DNA of 64,000 nucleotides from contig MNCI01003186.1 of the NCBI GenBank assembly GCA_015680685.1, forward strand, positions 1,081,570 through 1,145,569, read 5' to 3'. Positions within the stretch are counted from its first letter, which is position 1. The number at the start of each line of letters is the position of its first letter. Shown one piece after another: positions 1 through 12,866 of this stretch. Position numbers and translations under genes: made by a program. Origin of the DNA: Gnetum montanum (lineage: Eukaryota > Plantae > Gnetophyta). Below the pieces are notes generated by a model. That model was given only the letters and a program-made list of their open reading frames with translations, did not search any database and was not told the origin of the DNA.

Positions 1-501
1 AACTAAGCCTTAATTAACCTAGCATCAGCATCCGTTCCCACTTACCGTTTACACCCTGAACCAATGCAACCTTGGTTACCAAATGCTAATCATTGCTAGG
101 ATCACCACGCGTAACGCATGTGCTCGAAGTGGTCGTACTGAGGCACTTAACTAGGAGAGAAGGGTTGAGAGAGATTTTATAACTAATAAAGTGTTTAAAT
201 GATAAATAATAAATAACAGTAAATAAAATCCTAATTAGCCTATTCCATGCACTGCAAGGTTTATCCAAGAAGTACGTCTTTATTTCTATACACAAACTTG
301 TGTTCAGGTACAATGTCTGCTCGAATAAAGATCCATTCACTTTGGAGTTCCTACTGTAGGGACATGGAAATTAATCTATCTCTAGAGGGGAAAAACTACT
401 AGAGTTTCGCTATGGTCTAGGCCTAGATTGGGAAACAAGGGAGAGCCGCCTCTTATTTATAAACTTGGATATCGCGGTGGATGCGATATCCTGTCCCATC
501 A
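1..501 (-). mobile_element. Partial LTR of an Athila-like family related to 39051-46344; the element continues left of the window; inserted in a (TA)n tract
   Basis: Shares blocks with 45541-46344 (GCATCCGTTCCCACTT, TGCTCGAAGTGGTCGTACTGAGGCAC, GCAAGGTTTATCCAA, GCCGCCTCTTATTTATA). Ends ...CCCATCA at 501 (TG start on the minus strand), followed by TATATA. The uninterrupted (TA)n site is at ~51997-52011. Confidence 0.85.
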
Positions 502-1149
502 TATATATATATATAAAATAAAAAGTTACAAGAAAAAAGAAAATGAGTACTACAAAGAGAAAAAACACCAAATATACAAAATAAAAAGCCTAACATTTTT
601 GGGGATGTCTTTTCAAGTTTCCATCCTTAATGCGAATCTTGAAAAACCTCCCCTATGAGGTAGGAAATTATACATTCCATGAAAATATTAACATTATGTG
701 AAGGGGGAGGAGGCCCCCAACTTGTCAATAAGATCAGCATCAAAATATATTATCTTCATTTCTTAACCAATAGTTGCAAACAAATTATTAGGAATTAAAA
801 TATTTTGAACATGTTATCCATTTTGAAGATTTGACATGCAATCGCCAATAAATAGACTTTTTGAATGTTTTTATTATTATGAAGAATCATTTGGAAACCA
901 TTTGAATCAACAAGAATTTTCTATGAGACTTTAGGAACAAATATTTGTTTCTCCTTACTCATTAAAGAATTCCTTGTAATTGATTTAAGTAGAATCTTTC
1001 TTCAAGCTACATTTTGTTGAACAATAGTAAAAGAAAAAGGGTAGGCCAATTGTTGAAGCATGAATAAAAGAAATTGTTATCTATATCATTTGTAGAAAAA
1101 ACCTCTGTAGCATCTACAACATTTGTAGAAGAGACTTTAGTAGTGTTTG

Positions 1150-1450
1150 TAGTATCTTGGTGTTAACACACTTGCATAGCCTCTTTTTGAATCAAAAAGT
1201 CAATTTCGATACATGTTTGGAAGATATACTATAGATGCTATTTTCTTAATATGACAATTAATGGAGAAATTTAAAAAAAAATAAAGAAAATCAACATATG
1301 ATCTCCATTGACTTAGAAGAATCATATGAAAAGATTACTTAGAAATATTTTTTAATGGGCCTTGAAAAGGAAATACATCACTGATAAATATATTAAAATG
1401 ATTTTAGATATGTATGAAGGAGCTACTACTAGAATTAGAACAACTTATGA
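1150..1450 (+). mobile_element. Decayed RTE-type LINE reverse transcriptase fragment (mirror copy ~51070-51370, minus strand)
   Basis: Hand translation MEKFKK..KENQHMISIDLEESYEKI...KYIKMILDMYEG resembles the RTE RT segment (HMVFIDLEKAYD...KYI..I.DMY). Confidence 0.6.
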
Positions 1451-1814
1451 AATTACACTCTCTTAACCAAGCAATAAGTGAAAGTCATAAAAATGTCACA
1501 AATATTAAGTTTGATGTAGAGAAATAAACCTTGCAACCCTATCATTTTATAAACACTCATACATGTTACTTGTCTATTAGAATCCATAGCTTGGCCTATC
1601 CTTCCACCTATGCTTACAACCTACAAGTTTAACTATCCTAGGATAGTTTATACTCATATAGACAATATACTTATTGACCTACCTAATGACTCTATGTGTA
1701 GGTCCAAGTAGAATTTTGTTTGAAAATCATCTAGGAGGTCGTGTTGGAACCTTAAAATAATTGTAATATAGGTACACCTCAAGATATATAGTCCAAAGAG
1801 AATTTTATTGCTAA

Positions 1815-1887
1815 GCATTGCCCACTAGAATTGATCCCATGACTTGGATCTTTCAAATCAAGAGTCTTACTATTGGGCTAATAGCTC
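1815..1887 (-). mobile_element. tRNA-derived SINE-like head
   Basis: Minus strand TAGCCCAATAG (A-box-like) ... GGGATCAATTC (B-box-like). The paralog at 50634-50705 has GGTTCGATTC. No clean cloverleaf. Confidence 0.45.
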
Positions 1888-4160
1888 ATTATTAGTATCA
1901 TAATTTAAAATGAAGAATAATAATTTTTAAATAAGCATCATCAATATAATTAATCACGTATGGTATAACTAGCTATATATAAAATGCATACTTTGATGTC
2001 TACCATGTGAAATGAACAATAGAAAAAAAAACTCTAGTATACTATAAAAAAAGATACAAAAGAAAAGAAATTAAAGAAAAAATAAAGTAAACATACTAAT
2101 AAGAAACCTCAACATTTCAATATATTAACCTTTTGAGCTTAAAATTTCAATATATTATAGGAGGGAATTTAGTATTGAATATCAATGACCTCAAGCATTA
2201 GCCTTAGGGAATTCTAGTTGGGCACAATGTATGTCTTAATTTAAGAGATTTTTGTATGCCTATGAGTGCCATCACTAGTCACAAGTTCAAAATGGTATTT
2301 TTAGCTATTCTCTAACTCTTGAAAATTCATGTATTAAGTTAACTTTGAATTGACCATGCATCATGATGAATCATGAGTCATGATATTTCTAAAATTATAT
2401 TGAAATTAAAAATATTAAAGGGCAACAACCATTGCTAATTAGATTGGGGTTGCAATAATGATGACCAGAATACCATAACTCAAATTTGCCATTATCAATC
2501 AATTACTAGTAGTTAAGGTCACATTCCTAAGAACCAAATTCTAGAAAATATTTTTATGCAATTTTCTTTTAACATTTGATTAAGTTCCCCTAAGACTAGC
2601 AAGATGCTACTAAGCTAAACTTTAGTCCTAACAAAGAAAAGAAATCTAAAGCTTAAAACAAATAAAAGTTTAATATAGTAAAATCCCACACTCGAAAATA
2701 ACTATTATCCATCTATTTAGTCTTTTCACTTCAATCAAATCTAAAGTTATACTAAAAATCGACAAGAATATCATAACATTAAAGTTAATAAAATATTTTT
2801 TGCTACAAATTTGATTGTTCTTACTTTCATAACTTAATATTCTAATATATTAGCTTAATGGTAAGAGCATTGGTATGGAAATCCTAAGTCATATGTTCAA
2901 TTCTAATGCATACTATTGAGTTATGGAGTAAAAAAAAATTTATAAAAAGAAATTTTCTCTTTTTGATATATTAAAAAGGGGTTCTTCGTGCACTTAAGTA
3001 AAAATTTTGTAGTTTCACTATATATTTTGCTAGGAGCTAGTTAATGGAATAACAAGTATATTTAACTTTTGATTAGGTTAGTGGTAAAAGTCTTGGCTTG
3101 GTAAAAGTTTCCATTAAGCAAGATCTTAGGACGGTTAATAGATGAGTCAAAGCCTAACCTCTTCAAGTGGTTGGGGCTAGGATTGAACCTAAGTATTTGA
3201 CTTGAGAAATGTGCACCTTAACATCACTCCAAATGATGATCCCTATTATACAACACTAAATTATATATTTAAAAATAAATTCTGTAAGAAGAATCTTAAA
3301 AAAAAATGATCTAAGGGGTTTTAATGGACATTGCATAAAACACATTGAAAAAACTTACACAGGTGTCCAAACCCCCTTCTATCTCCTATAGCTTTTTTAA
3401 AAGGACCCACCATTGCTTTTTAAAAAATTAAAGGTCTTAAGCTTAATTCTAATATTCTAATCTTATTTTGATTTTCATATTGCTGACCAATGTTATTTTA
3501 GTCTTTGATTACTTACCATCACTTGTCATTGTTTATCACTTTTCATATTGCAAACCATTGAGGCAATGGATAAAACATCACATCGTATTCCAATGGAAAG
3601 GGGTTTAGAGAGCTCCTACCCAAGTGGCCTAACATATTTTAATATTATGAGAATTTTACCAAGTATTAAATATCCATGCCCCTTTGCCCACCTAAGTACA
3701 TATTAGCCAAAAACAATAAAAGCAGGTGATCCACCATCATCCAAATCATTAGATGCTAAATCCAAAATGGGGTAGATTTTTCAAAGGATCATTCATGGGT
3801 TATGACCAACTCCAGCATTCTCACATGCTCTCATTTTTGAATGGACAACTATATCATAAAGGTCATGAAATGTAAACAAAAGCAAACTGCCCACAAATAT
3901 TTGACCTAAAATCAAGATGAGATGCACCTAATTTTGAGACTAGCAAAAGTAAACCTAAACAACAAGAATTAAAAAAAAAACAATTAAGAGCCGAACAAGG
4001 AGCAGCTCTATAATGCAACGCAGATCACTTTCTGTTGTTACTAAAACTTGATGTTCATTTTTTCCATGTGTTAGTTATTGAGAGATTTAAAGAATTAGAA
4101 TGAATGGTTTCGTTATGAATGGCTTTTGCTATTTTTCATTTAAAACTAAAAAGTTTCCAT

Positions 4161-6411
4161 TTAGCAGGATAATCATGGCCAACAATCTCTCACTTTGAGA
4201 TTTTGATTGAGGATCAATCATATCTCCACACCATCTTTTCTACCTTTCCATTCTATGTTGCTTATGTTTTTGCTAGGCCATATTAGGATGTACTCAAGTC
4301 AAACTTGTCCATGTTGATCGGCTTGTTTAGAACATCTGCAAGATTATCCTTGGTGTGTATCTTCTGCATATCCACACTTCCATCTTCTACTACGTTACGA
4401 ACAAAGTGAAATTGTATGCCTATGTGTTTTATCCTTGAATGAAAATGAATCTTCTCTTGTTTGTGTCCAAGCTCCTCTGACAACCTTTGAATCCAAATTT
4501 CTTCCTTGCAAGCATGTGTAGCTACCATGTATTCTGCTTCTGTTGTAGATAATGCTACTACTGTTTGCAATCTTGATACCCAGTTTATAGCTCCTCTTGC
4601 AAGTGTAAACACATAGCCTATAGTAGATTTTCTTTTATCTCGATCACCTGGAAAATCTGAATCCACATAACCTTTAATAGTAAATTCAAATCCTCCATAA
4701 CATAATGCAACATCTGAGGTACCGTTAATGTATCTTAGGATTCTCTTAACAGTACTCCAATGCTCTTGTCAAGGATTTGCCATGTATTGACTGACTACTC
4801 CCATTGCTTGTGCAATGTCTGGTTTTGTACAAATCATAGCAAGCATTAGGCTTCCCACTGCTAATGCATATGATACTTGAGACATCTCATTCCTCTCTAC
4901 TTCATTGCTAAGACACATGTCGGAGGATAATTTGAAATTAACAAGAATTGGGATAGAAATTGGCTTACAATCTTGCATGTTGAAGCATCGCAAGGTCTTA
5001 CCCAAGTAATTTTTCTGAGAAAGCCAAATCTTCTTGTTATTTCTATCTCAGTGAATTTGCATCCCTAGAATATTGTTTTCTGGTCCCAAGTCTTTCATAT
5101 CAAATTCCCTAACCAATTGTGCCTTCAATTTTTGGATTTTCTCTTTGTTGGGACCTAGAACCAACATGTCATCCACATATAATAGAAAAATGATGAAATC
5201 TTCATCAAACCTTTTGAAATATGTACAAGGGTCTGCACTAAGTCTATTGTACCTAGGTCTCATGATATATGAGTCAAATCTCTTGTACCAACACCTTGGC
5301 ACCTGTTTTAGACCGTACAGAGATTTTTTCAACCTGCAAACCAAGTTCTCTTTGCCTTCTTCTGCAAAACCTTCTGGTTGGAGCATATAAATCTCTTCTT
5401 CAAGATCTCCATGCAGAAAAGAAGTTTTCACATCTAGTTGTTCTAGATGTAGGTCAAATGTAGCACACATTACTAGGACTACTCTAACTATTGTAAATCT
5501 AACCATAGGAGAAAATTTCTCGTTGAAGTCAATTCCTTCTTTTTGAGCATATCCCTTTACCACCAATCTTACATGATATTGCTCAACTTGGTCATTACTA
5601 TTATGTTTGATCTTGAAGATCCATATTTGTCCAATAGCCTTTCTTCCTTGTGGTAGTGTAACAAGATCCCATGTCTTGTTTTTGTGTAAAGCTTCAATCT
5701 CCTCTTACATTGCTACCATCCACAAAGACACATCTGGAATTTTGAGAGCCTCATGTAAAGTTGAGGGCTCTCCATCCTCCATTAAAAGGTAGTATGCAAC
5801 ATTACTTTCAGTAACATAATCTGAGTGCCAAGCTAATGATCTTTTTACCCGAGATGATCAACGAACTTCATAAGCTTCAAACTTGACTAGTTCTTTCTCT
5901 TCACACATTGATGTTGCTTCAAAAGTAACTGGATCTTCAACTTTTGTCTTATCTTCTACCTAAATTTTATTAGTCTCTGAATTCTCCTTTGAAGTGCTAG
6001 CATCTTCCTTCTCTTGCATTTTATCTTCTACAAATATCACATCTCTGCTAATGACAACCTTGCGGATAGTGGGATCCCACAGCCAATACCCCTTAACTCC
6101 ATCAGCATACCCTAAGAAGATATATTTCCTGGACTTTGGGTCCAACTTTGATCTTTCTTTGTCATTGTACATCACATAAACAAAACTTTCAAATGTATGG
6201 AGATGAGAATAAATAGCTGGCTTACCAGTCCACATTTCTATTGGTTTTTTTAGATCAATCGTAGTTGATGGAGATCGATTGATTAAATACTAGGCCGTAT
6301 TAATTGCTTTTGACCAAAATGACTTGGTTAGATTTGCAGCCTTCAACATTGATCTTGTTTTTTCCAACAAGGTTCTATTCATCCGTTCTACCACTCCATT
6401 TTGTTGAGGAT
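4161..6411 (-). mobile_element. Truncated Ty1/copia (Tnt1-like) element: integrase C-terminal part, RT, RNase H, PPT and only ~24 bp of the 3' LTR
   Basis: PQQNGVVERMNRT at ~6370-6410; ORF 5960-6235 RSKLDPKSRKYIFLGY; RT ORF 5048-5566 with QLDVKTSFLHG and YVDDML; RNase H ORF 4283-4666 with DSDFPGD and ALSTTEAEY; PPT AAAGTGAGAGAT then TGTTGG at ~4196-4179. Multiple stops and frameshifts. Confidence 0.93.
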
Positions 6412-7109
6412 ACATCATAGCCAAGAGCTATTCTCAGACACTTAAACAAGGAGAGCTTACAAAATTTGACCAACTTTTTTGAGCTTCATTATCACCAAAG
6501 TCTCTTTATTTCAATTTTTTTAAAAAAAATACTACAAAATGAAGGATCATGTAATCATTGCATAAAAAAATAGCAAAAAACCTTATAAACTTTGAACATA
6601 TTTTCTAGGAGTAGTAAATTTAACAAGTCAATTCACAGGTAACTTTTGTGACTCATCAATGAAGATTTCAAAGAAAGAGAAATTGTGTATTAGGGTGGGG
6701 GGGGGGGGGNNNNNNNNNNNNTGGGGTGGGGTTTACATCAAGCCTGGGTGTAGTCACATGAAAGAAGTTATGCTTTTGTTCGTCCATCAACTCTTCTAGG
6801 ACTTCACCTTGGTGACATGAGCATTGAGCCTATGGGTGATCTAGGCTTTTTATTAATCATTTATTCAAATGTCACTTCTTGTTCAATAAAACATCTTTTC
6901 TTATTTTTCCTTAGGCACTTGTATTTGTTCATCAAATGCTCTCTTCATTTCTAATTCACTATTTTAATATCCCAACAAGCTTTCTTGTAGTATTAATTGT
7001 ACAGGCTTGTGACACCTAGATTTTTGTGTTATGGTGACCTTTGTGATTGCTTATGAAAGTACATGCACCAAAGTTTTATCCTGTCATGCTCAATTCAATG
7101 TCCTTATAT

Positions 7110-8010
7110 TTATCTCTTTCTATAGGGATGGGTCTTCTCTACAAGAAAAAAACATAGACAACCAAAAATAAATAAATCTTTTTGGTAGTGAATGAAATGT
7201 TGACTTTTAATTCCAAATTCTAAGTGGTGAGGGTTTGGTTCAACTAAATACTCACCTATATTAAAACTCTTTATTTGGTTAATATTTTTAGTAGACAATA
7301 AGAAGTGAATGCAAGAGTTACCTTGGTGCATTTATAAAAATGAATGCTACAATCCTATGGAGCACATTCTAGATATTACAATTTAACAACTCCAAAGTTT
7401 TTGCCCATTTCATTAACTCTTGTTCTATTTCATTGGCAATAACTTTGATAGGGTATCTAGTGCAAGATTTCTAGCAATACTACTAATGCCATTAATTTTC
7501 ATTGCTACTACATGATTTTTGTTTGTTTTGATTCTATTTTGGCATTAAAATCTCTACAAATAAGAACTACATATTAACTGGAACATTGTGCTATATCTGC
7601 TCCTAAATATTGACATGTGTAGTTTCTAGATATCCCTACATTCTTGTTCAATGTGGCATTTCTAGGATCAAAATAGTATACAACCAAAAGGATGATCATA
7701 CTTGTGCTATACTTTGCATGAAATAAATTGTCTATATTCATCTATCCTTTCTAACTATATATGTTGTGCTAAATTATTTCAAATCAAAATGACAATACCT
7801 CAAAAAGATCTTTGTCCTTCATCTAATTTCTTATTTTTATAGCAAATTTGATGAATCCAAGATGATGGAATTTTTAGAGCGTTCATCTTCTTAAGTTTTG
7901 ACTAGTTCCAAAATATAAAAACAAAGAAAGAATCCAATGCTATTTAACAAAACAATCTAATTTGCAACTACATCATTGGTTTTGAGGAAACCAAAACATA
8001 GTGAATCTAC
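7110..8010 (-). mobile_element. Decayed LINE apurinic-endonuclease fragment in RPA12 intron 2 (paralog ~54620-55480)
   Basis: Minus-strand VVLICRDFNAKI at ~7475-7510 resembles the GDFNA motif; frame heavily broken. Confidence 0.5.
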
Positions 8011-9669
8011 ATGTTTTTTTGGCATTTTTATTTAATAATAGCTCAATTTTTCTGTATTTAAATAGGTGAACTTACCTTCTGCATGGGCCTTTTTGACCTT
8101 GGCCATTATTTGTTGTTTTTTTCTCTCTCTCTTTGTGTTTTTTTTGGTTGATTAGTTCAGATTTTGTGTGGTCTTTGCTGATCCAAAATTCTTTTTGTGT
8201 TTAAGGATGCTCCAATTGTGCCATTCTCTACCTCGAGTTCTAATAAAATAATCTTTGAAGCATATGACAATATATCAAGGTTTCTCACTTTTTAGGCCAC
8301 TCTAAGTGCATCTCCAAACTACTGTTTTGGAATGTGCCTAGGTTCCTAGAAGAAATTGGAAATTTCTGCCATGAGATTCTTGTTGCTTTCTTATTATTAT
8401 TGTTGCTTTTATGGTAACCCCAACCTAATGTAGGTTCAACTTTTCTTTTCCATTTTCTCCTATTTCTTGTTCATTGCTTTTGGTAATGCAAAACCCTCTT
8501 CAAGATTTTCCTCAAACTTGGTTCAACTGCTGATAATTTTGCCTTGATAACTTCCTTTTTGGAGAGGTTTTTTAATTTTCATTTGAGAGTCACCAATTGT
8601 GTACAAACACCACTATTCTATGAATTCTGATTAGATAACTAGATTTGTGTAGCTAAACTCTGAATGGTACTCTCCATGCAATTGGTTATTTTTTTCCATA
8701 GGAACATTCCATTTTAGCTAGGCGATGAAACATGGGGTTTCCATTTTATTTATCTCCTAAATCTAGGGCTATTCCTTCAAGTGTTGGCCCAAAAAGAATT
8801 CTTTCCTTAACCTCTTGCTGGATGGATATTTGCTTCACTAAATAATGTCATAATCTTTGTATTAAATTTTGCAGCACTGTATTTGCATGTTTGTTGACAG
8901 GCACAAAAAGTTGATCTAATAATTGATTGTTCTAACCTATCATCATCATCCTATCCTTATTTAAATAGTATAAGATTGGCTACATGACTTCTCTTTTGCT
9001 TTTTTGTTTATTTTAATGATCAAATGGACATCCCAGATGTATTGTGACTAGGGCACAAAAAGATAATTCTATTTAAAGAATAAACAAAAAGTTCTCTTTT
9101 TCTATTTTCTTCCTCTATTATGAGCTAAATATTTATTTATCTGCATATTTTTATATTATCTTCAACTATTTTCTTTTCATGTCCTTCTTCTTCTTCTTCT
9201 TCTTTTTCTTGGCTTTCTTAGAACCATGATGTGGTATTTTTTCTGAGAGGCTCATCATGTGATTTTCCTTGAACAAGATCAAACCACATAAGATGCTATT
9301 CATATAGGTTATCTATAATAGAAGTCACTCCAAGTCTTTCTCTAATGTTTGCATTGTGTAATTTTTATTTTTTGTTAACATTCAACATCTATTTAAGCAT
9401 TCACATATATGCCAAATTAATTTGTTATTCCTGCCTTATTTTATAGTGTAGTATTTAACACTACATAAAAATAGCAAACTTGATCACTTTCTTATAAAAG
9501 TTTTCTATTAGTTTTGTTGAGATCCTTTTTGTCATATACAATGCCACCAACCTATCTCCATTTTAACAATAGTACCTCAATCTAATTCTTATACTCTTAT
9601 TGGTTTCATCATTTACTATTTGCAGTGGAGGACTTTTTTTCCTTGAGTTGTTATTTATGTTCCATCACT

Positions 9670-10204
9670 GTTCATACTTTCATTGAAATTACATTCCATA
9701 TATTTTGTTTTTTTTTTCTAATATTGAAGCCTGATGATTGTAGAGCATTTGACCACATTTCCATTTTAGAACTAATATTTGCGTGAGATGTAGCTACCAA
9801 CACAATATTGTCTACAAGAAATATATGCCAAGGGATTTCATCTTGTATTTACTTGCTTTGTTCATTCATAAAAATAGCAAACAAGTAAGAATTGAGTGAA
9901 GACCCTTAATGTAGACCTATTATGATTAGGAAATTAATTTTTTTCTCTCAAGTTATTGAAATTCTATAATAGTTCCTTTGTATATATATTGAAGTACTTT
10001 GATATATTTATGACGGATGCTTTTCCTTAGTAAGGCCCACTTGATAACATCTTTGGGTACTGTATCATATGTCTTTTGGAAGTTAATAAAAATCATACAT
10101 AGATTTCCTCTATGTTTTATGAACTTGTCAGCTAATTGTTATATAAATATATGAACTTTATAGCTAATTTTCTTGACATGAATCCAAATTTATTTTCTGA
10201 TATT
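9670..10204 (-). mobile_element. Decayed RTE-type LINE RT fragment (copy A)
   Basis: Paralog of 57138-57700; KIQDEIPWHIFLVDNIVLV (FADD-like) and NKFGFMSRK segments. Confidence 0.7.
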
Positions 10205-10668
10205 NTACTACAAAGAAGTTTACATTTATGAGGCATACTATGAATCTTTGGAAGAGAGTTATTGAGCAACACCTCACAGTTGAATCAACAATATCAGAAA
10301 ATAAATTTGGATTCATGTCAAGAAAATTAGCTATAAAGTTCATATATTTATATAACAATTAGCTGACAAGTTCATAAAACATAGAGGAAATCTATGTATG
10401 ATTTTTATTAACTTCCAAAAGACATATGATACAGTACCCAAAGATGTTATCAAGTGGGCCTTACTAAGGAAAAGCATCCGTCATAAATATATCAAAGTAC
10501 TTCAATATATATACAAAGGAACTATTATAGAATTTCAATAACTTGAGAGAAAAAAATTAATTTCCTAATCATAATAGGTCTACATTAAGGGTCTTCACTC
10601 AATTCTTACTTGTTTGCTATTTTTATGAATGAACAAAGCAAGTAAATACAAGATGAAATCCCTTGGCN
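10205..10668. other. Probable assembly artefact: mis-oriented contig between two single Ns
   Basis: Most of 10206-10667 is an apparently identical reverse complement of ~9827-10204. It is bounded by n at 10205 and 10668, and copy B is colinear with no inversion here. Confidence 0.8.
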
Positions 10669-11220
10669 CCATCCAAGGCCTTATGTTTGGCTTTTGCTAA
10701 TAGATAAATTTATCTTCTTGATTCCCACATTGTTAAGATATATTGAATTTGATATATATTACTTTGGAAAAATTTCCAATTGTTTGCGGCAGCATTTTGT
10801 TCAATGCAGCTCTTGGTTTGAGAATAGGCGTCTAAAGTTCTAGGGAGAAGGGATCGAAGTTCTTTGTTTTATCCTTAAGTGAAACTTAGTTTACATTGAA
10901 GCTATCATTAAATATTTTTCCAAGATTGACAACCATGCAATTAATATCTAAAATCAAATTGCGTTCTTTTATTTTAGAAAATAAAATAAATTCTGTTGAT
11001 CTTGGGTAATTTTAAATTTTTCACTTTTAGATTTATGTTACCTTGAATGTATCGTTTTTTTAGTTGAAGCATTGGGATCTCCCTCTATATATTTTCTTCA
11101 ATATCATGGCATCACAATTTTGCTTGTCTCAATAATAATTTTTATAACTGTTGTTTCTTTTCAATAGTATCCAAAGCCTATTCATAGTGACAATAGTAAA
11201 CAATCCATTTCAATTTGTAG

Positions 11221-11619
11221 GACCTTAGGAAACATCTCAATATTGAACCATTTTTTTCTTGAGAAGAAAAATATGTGGGGCAGTAAAGGGCAACAGTGAG
11301 TACCTTTCATGTTTTAGTGATACAAAATATTTTGTACTCATATTAACATTATCAAAAACATTTATTTTATTTTAGGTAAATGAAGAATGTCCCCAATGCA
11401 AGAATCCACAACTAGAGTTCTATACAAAACAGGTACCTGTACCTATCAAATTCGCTAGTAATATCTAACTTGTTATATTTTCTAAGATATTTTTTATATT
11501 GTTTAGTATTGAGAACTTCTTTTCCCTTTTTTTTGTTGTAGTTACAATCTGTAGATGAAGGGCAAACAATGTTTTATGAATGTCCAAACTATCACTATAA
11601 ATTTGCAGAGAACTCATAA
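11221..11619 (+). pseudogene. RPA12: RNA polymerase I subunit A12 pseudogene, copy A (exons 3-5 only: 11221-11295, 11376-11432, 11542-11619)
   Basis: DLRKHLNIEPFFS*EEKYVGQ*RAT|VNEECPQCKNPQLEFYTKQ|LQSVDEGQTMFYECPNYHYKFAENS* is a TFIIS-type C-terminal zinc ribbon. GT-AG introns; two premature stops; last Cys changed to Tyr. Confidence 0.88.
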
Positions 11620-12866
11620 ATAAGTAAAAGTTGCTTCCTTGGTGGAAAGTTTTAAAACATAAAAATTTTAGTGTCTATTCTAAAATTTTATTCAAGATAG
11701 TCCACATGAAATTTTCTTAGACATTTGTCCTAAATAGTGCTCTTTTGTCTAACTCTTACAATGTTTTAAAATATTTATCTCTGGTGGGAATGAAAGATAT
11801 AATTTAAGTAGTGGTACTCTTTGTAAGGTTTGATGGATGGATGCAAGTAGATTTTTGAAATGACATCATTAGATTGATTGGCATCCATAATCTATTTACT
11901 TATAATGTGATTTTTTTCCCGGTTGCTATGAAACATAGATCCATTACCTTTAGTAACAAGTCAACCAAACAAGACACTTTTACAATGTACTTTGATTTTT
12001 AAATTTAATATAACTTTACTTTTTAGATTTGACATGCCAAAGGGAAAAAAGGCAAGCTTATTGGTTGCTATAAAAAACGTAATATGATTTATTGTTATAT
12101 AACTAACATGAACAAAAATTGTTGATCTTTCATTAGTTATTGTTAATGGCAAACTAAATAGACTTCTTGTACAAATGTTATAATTATAATGACATAATGA
12201 TATCATGAAGAATATTTATATTATTTATATGAGTTTTGTATAGGATCATAAAGGATTCACTAAGAAGCTCAATCCTCATCCTGCTAAGGGAGTGTCTTGG
12301 AAGAGTCATGGATGAGTAAAAGCTTATCTCTTTCGAGTAGTTTTACCTAAACTCAAGCTCAGATCATACAACTTGAGAAACAAACACTTTTCTATCCCTC
12401 CAAATGGTAGTCTTATAATTTATAATTTCACAATATATCAAAGCTATACTTAGGGGATGTATAAATGATATTTCAACAGCTAGTAAAACCATTCAAATTA
12501 TAAAGCAAAGTAAAAATAGTAGAAAAGATCATTTTAAAAGACATATTTGGGTATTCTCACATTATAAGAATTTATTAATTACAAGCTTGAATTTCCTTGA
12601 AGATGAATATTCTTTGCTTAAGGGAGATAAACATGAATGTACTTTCTATCTTCCAATGTAAGATGTAGATTGAAGATGTTGCACAGCTGCTAAGGAATTT
12701 AACTATACATTAAATTCAAGATTCCAAAAATCTCTCAAAATGTGATATATCGTAATTGAACCTATGCTCAATTTCCTAAAACAATTACAAAACATGTTAA
12801 TGGATATTCACAGGAACAATAATGTGCATTATCATCTCTAGTGCATAATGAACACTATGTGACAAT

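Larger units (their letters stand above)
502..4160 (-). repeat. Inverted duplicate of 49187-52011
   Basis: Colinear reverse-complement match at both ends and internally (e.g. 601 GGGGATGTCTTTTCAAGTTTCC vs 51892-51913; 3984 TTAAGAGCCGAACAAGGAGC vs 49339-49358). About 780 bp (2231-3010) is absent from the right copy. Confidence 0.92.
6412..12866 (+). repeat. Direct duplicate of 53923-60169 (RPA12 intron 2 to APEM9 3' end)
   Basis: Starts ACATCATAGCCAAGAGCTATTCT in both copies and stays colinear to GAACACTATG(T/A)GACAAT. Confidence 0.95.

Noticed and set aside
6693-6731. G-run / G-quadruplex candidate
   Set aside because: Interrupted by an N gap, and the paralog (~54229) has only a short G tract; true length unknown.
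9827-10668. Long perfect inverted repeat that could be a hairpin/siRNA locus
   Set aside because: The inverted arm is bounded by single Ns, appears identical to its neighbour and is absent from copy B; most likely a scaffolding artefact.
12228-12340. ~110 bp identical between copies A and B, suggesting a conserved ncRNA or UTR element
   Set aside because: No recognisable RNA motif; chance, gene conversion or read collapse cannot be excluded by eye.
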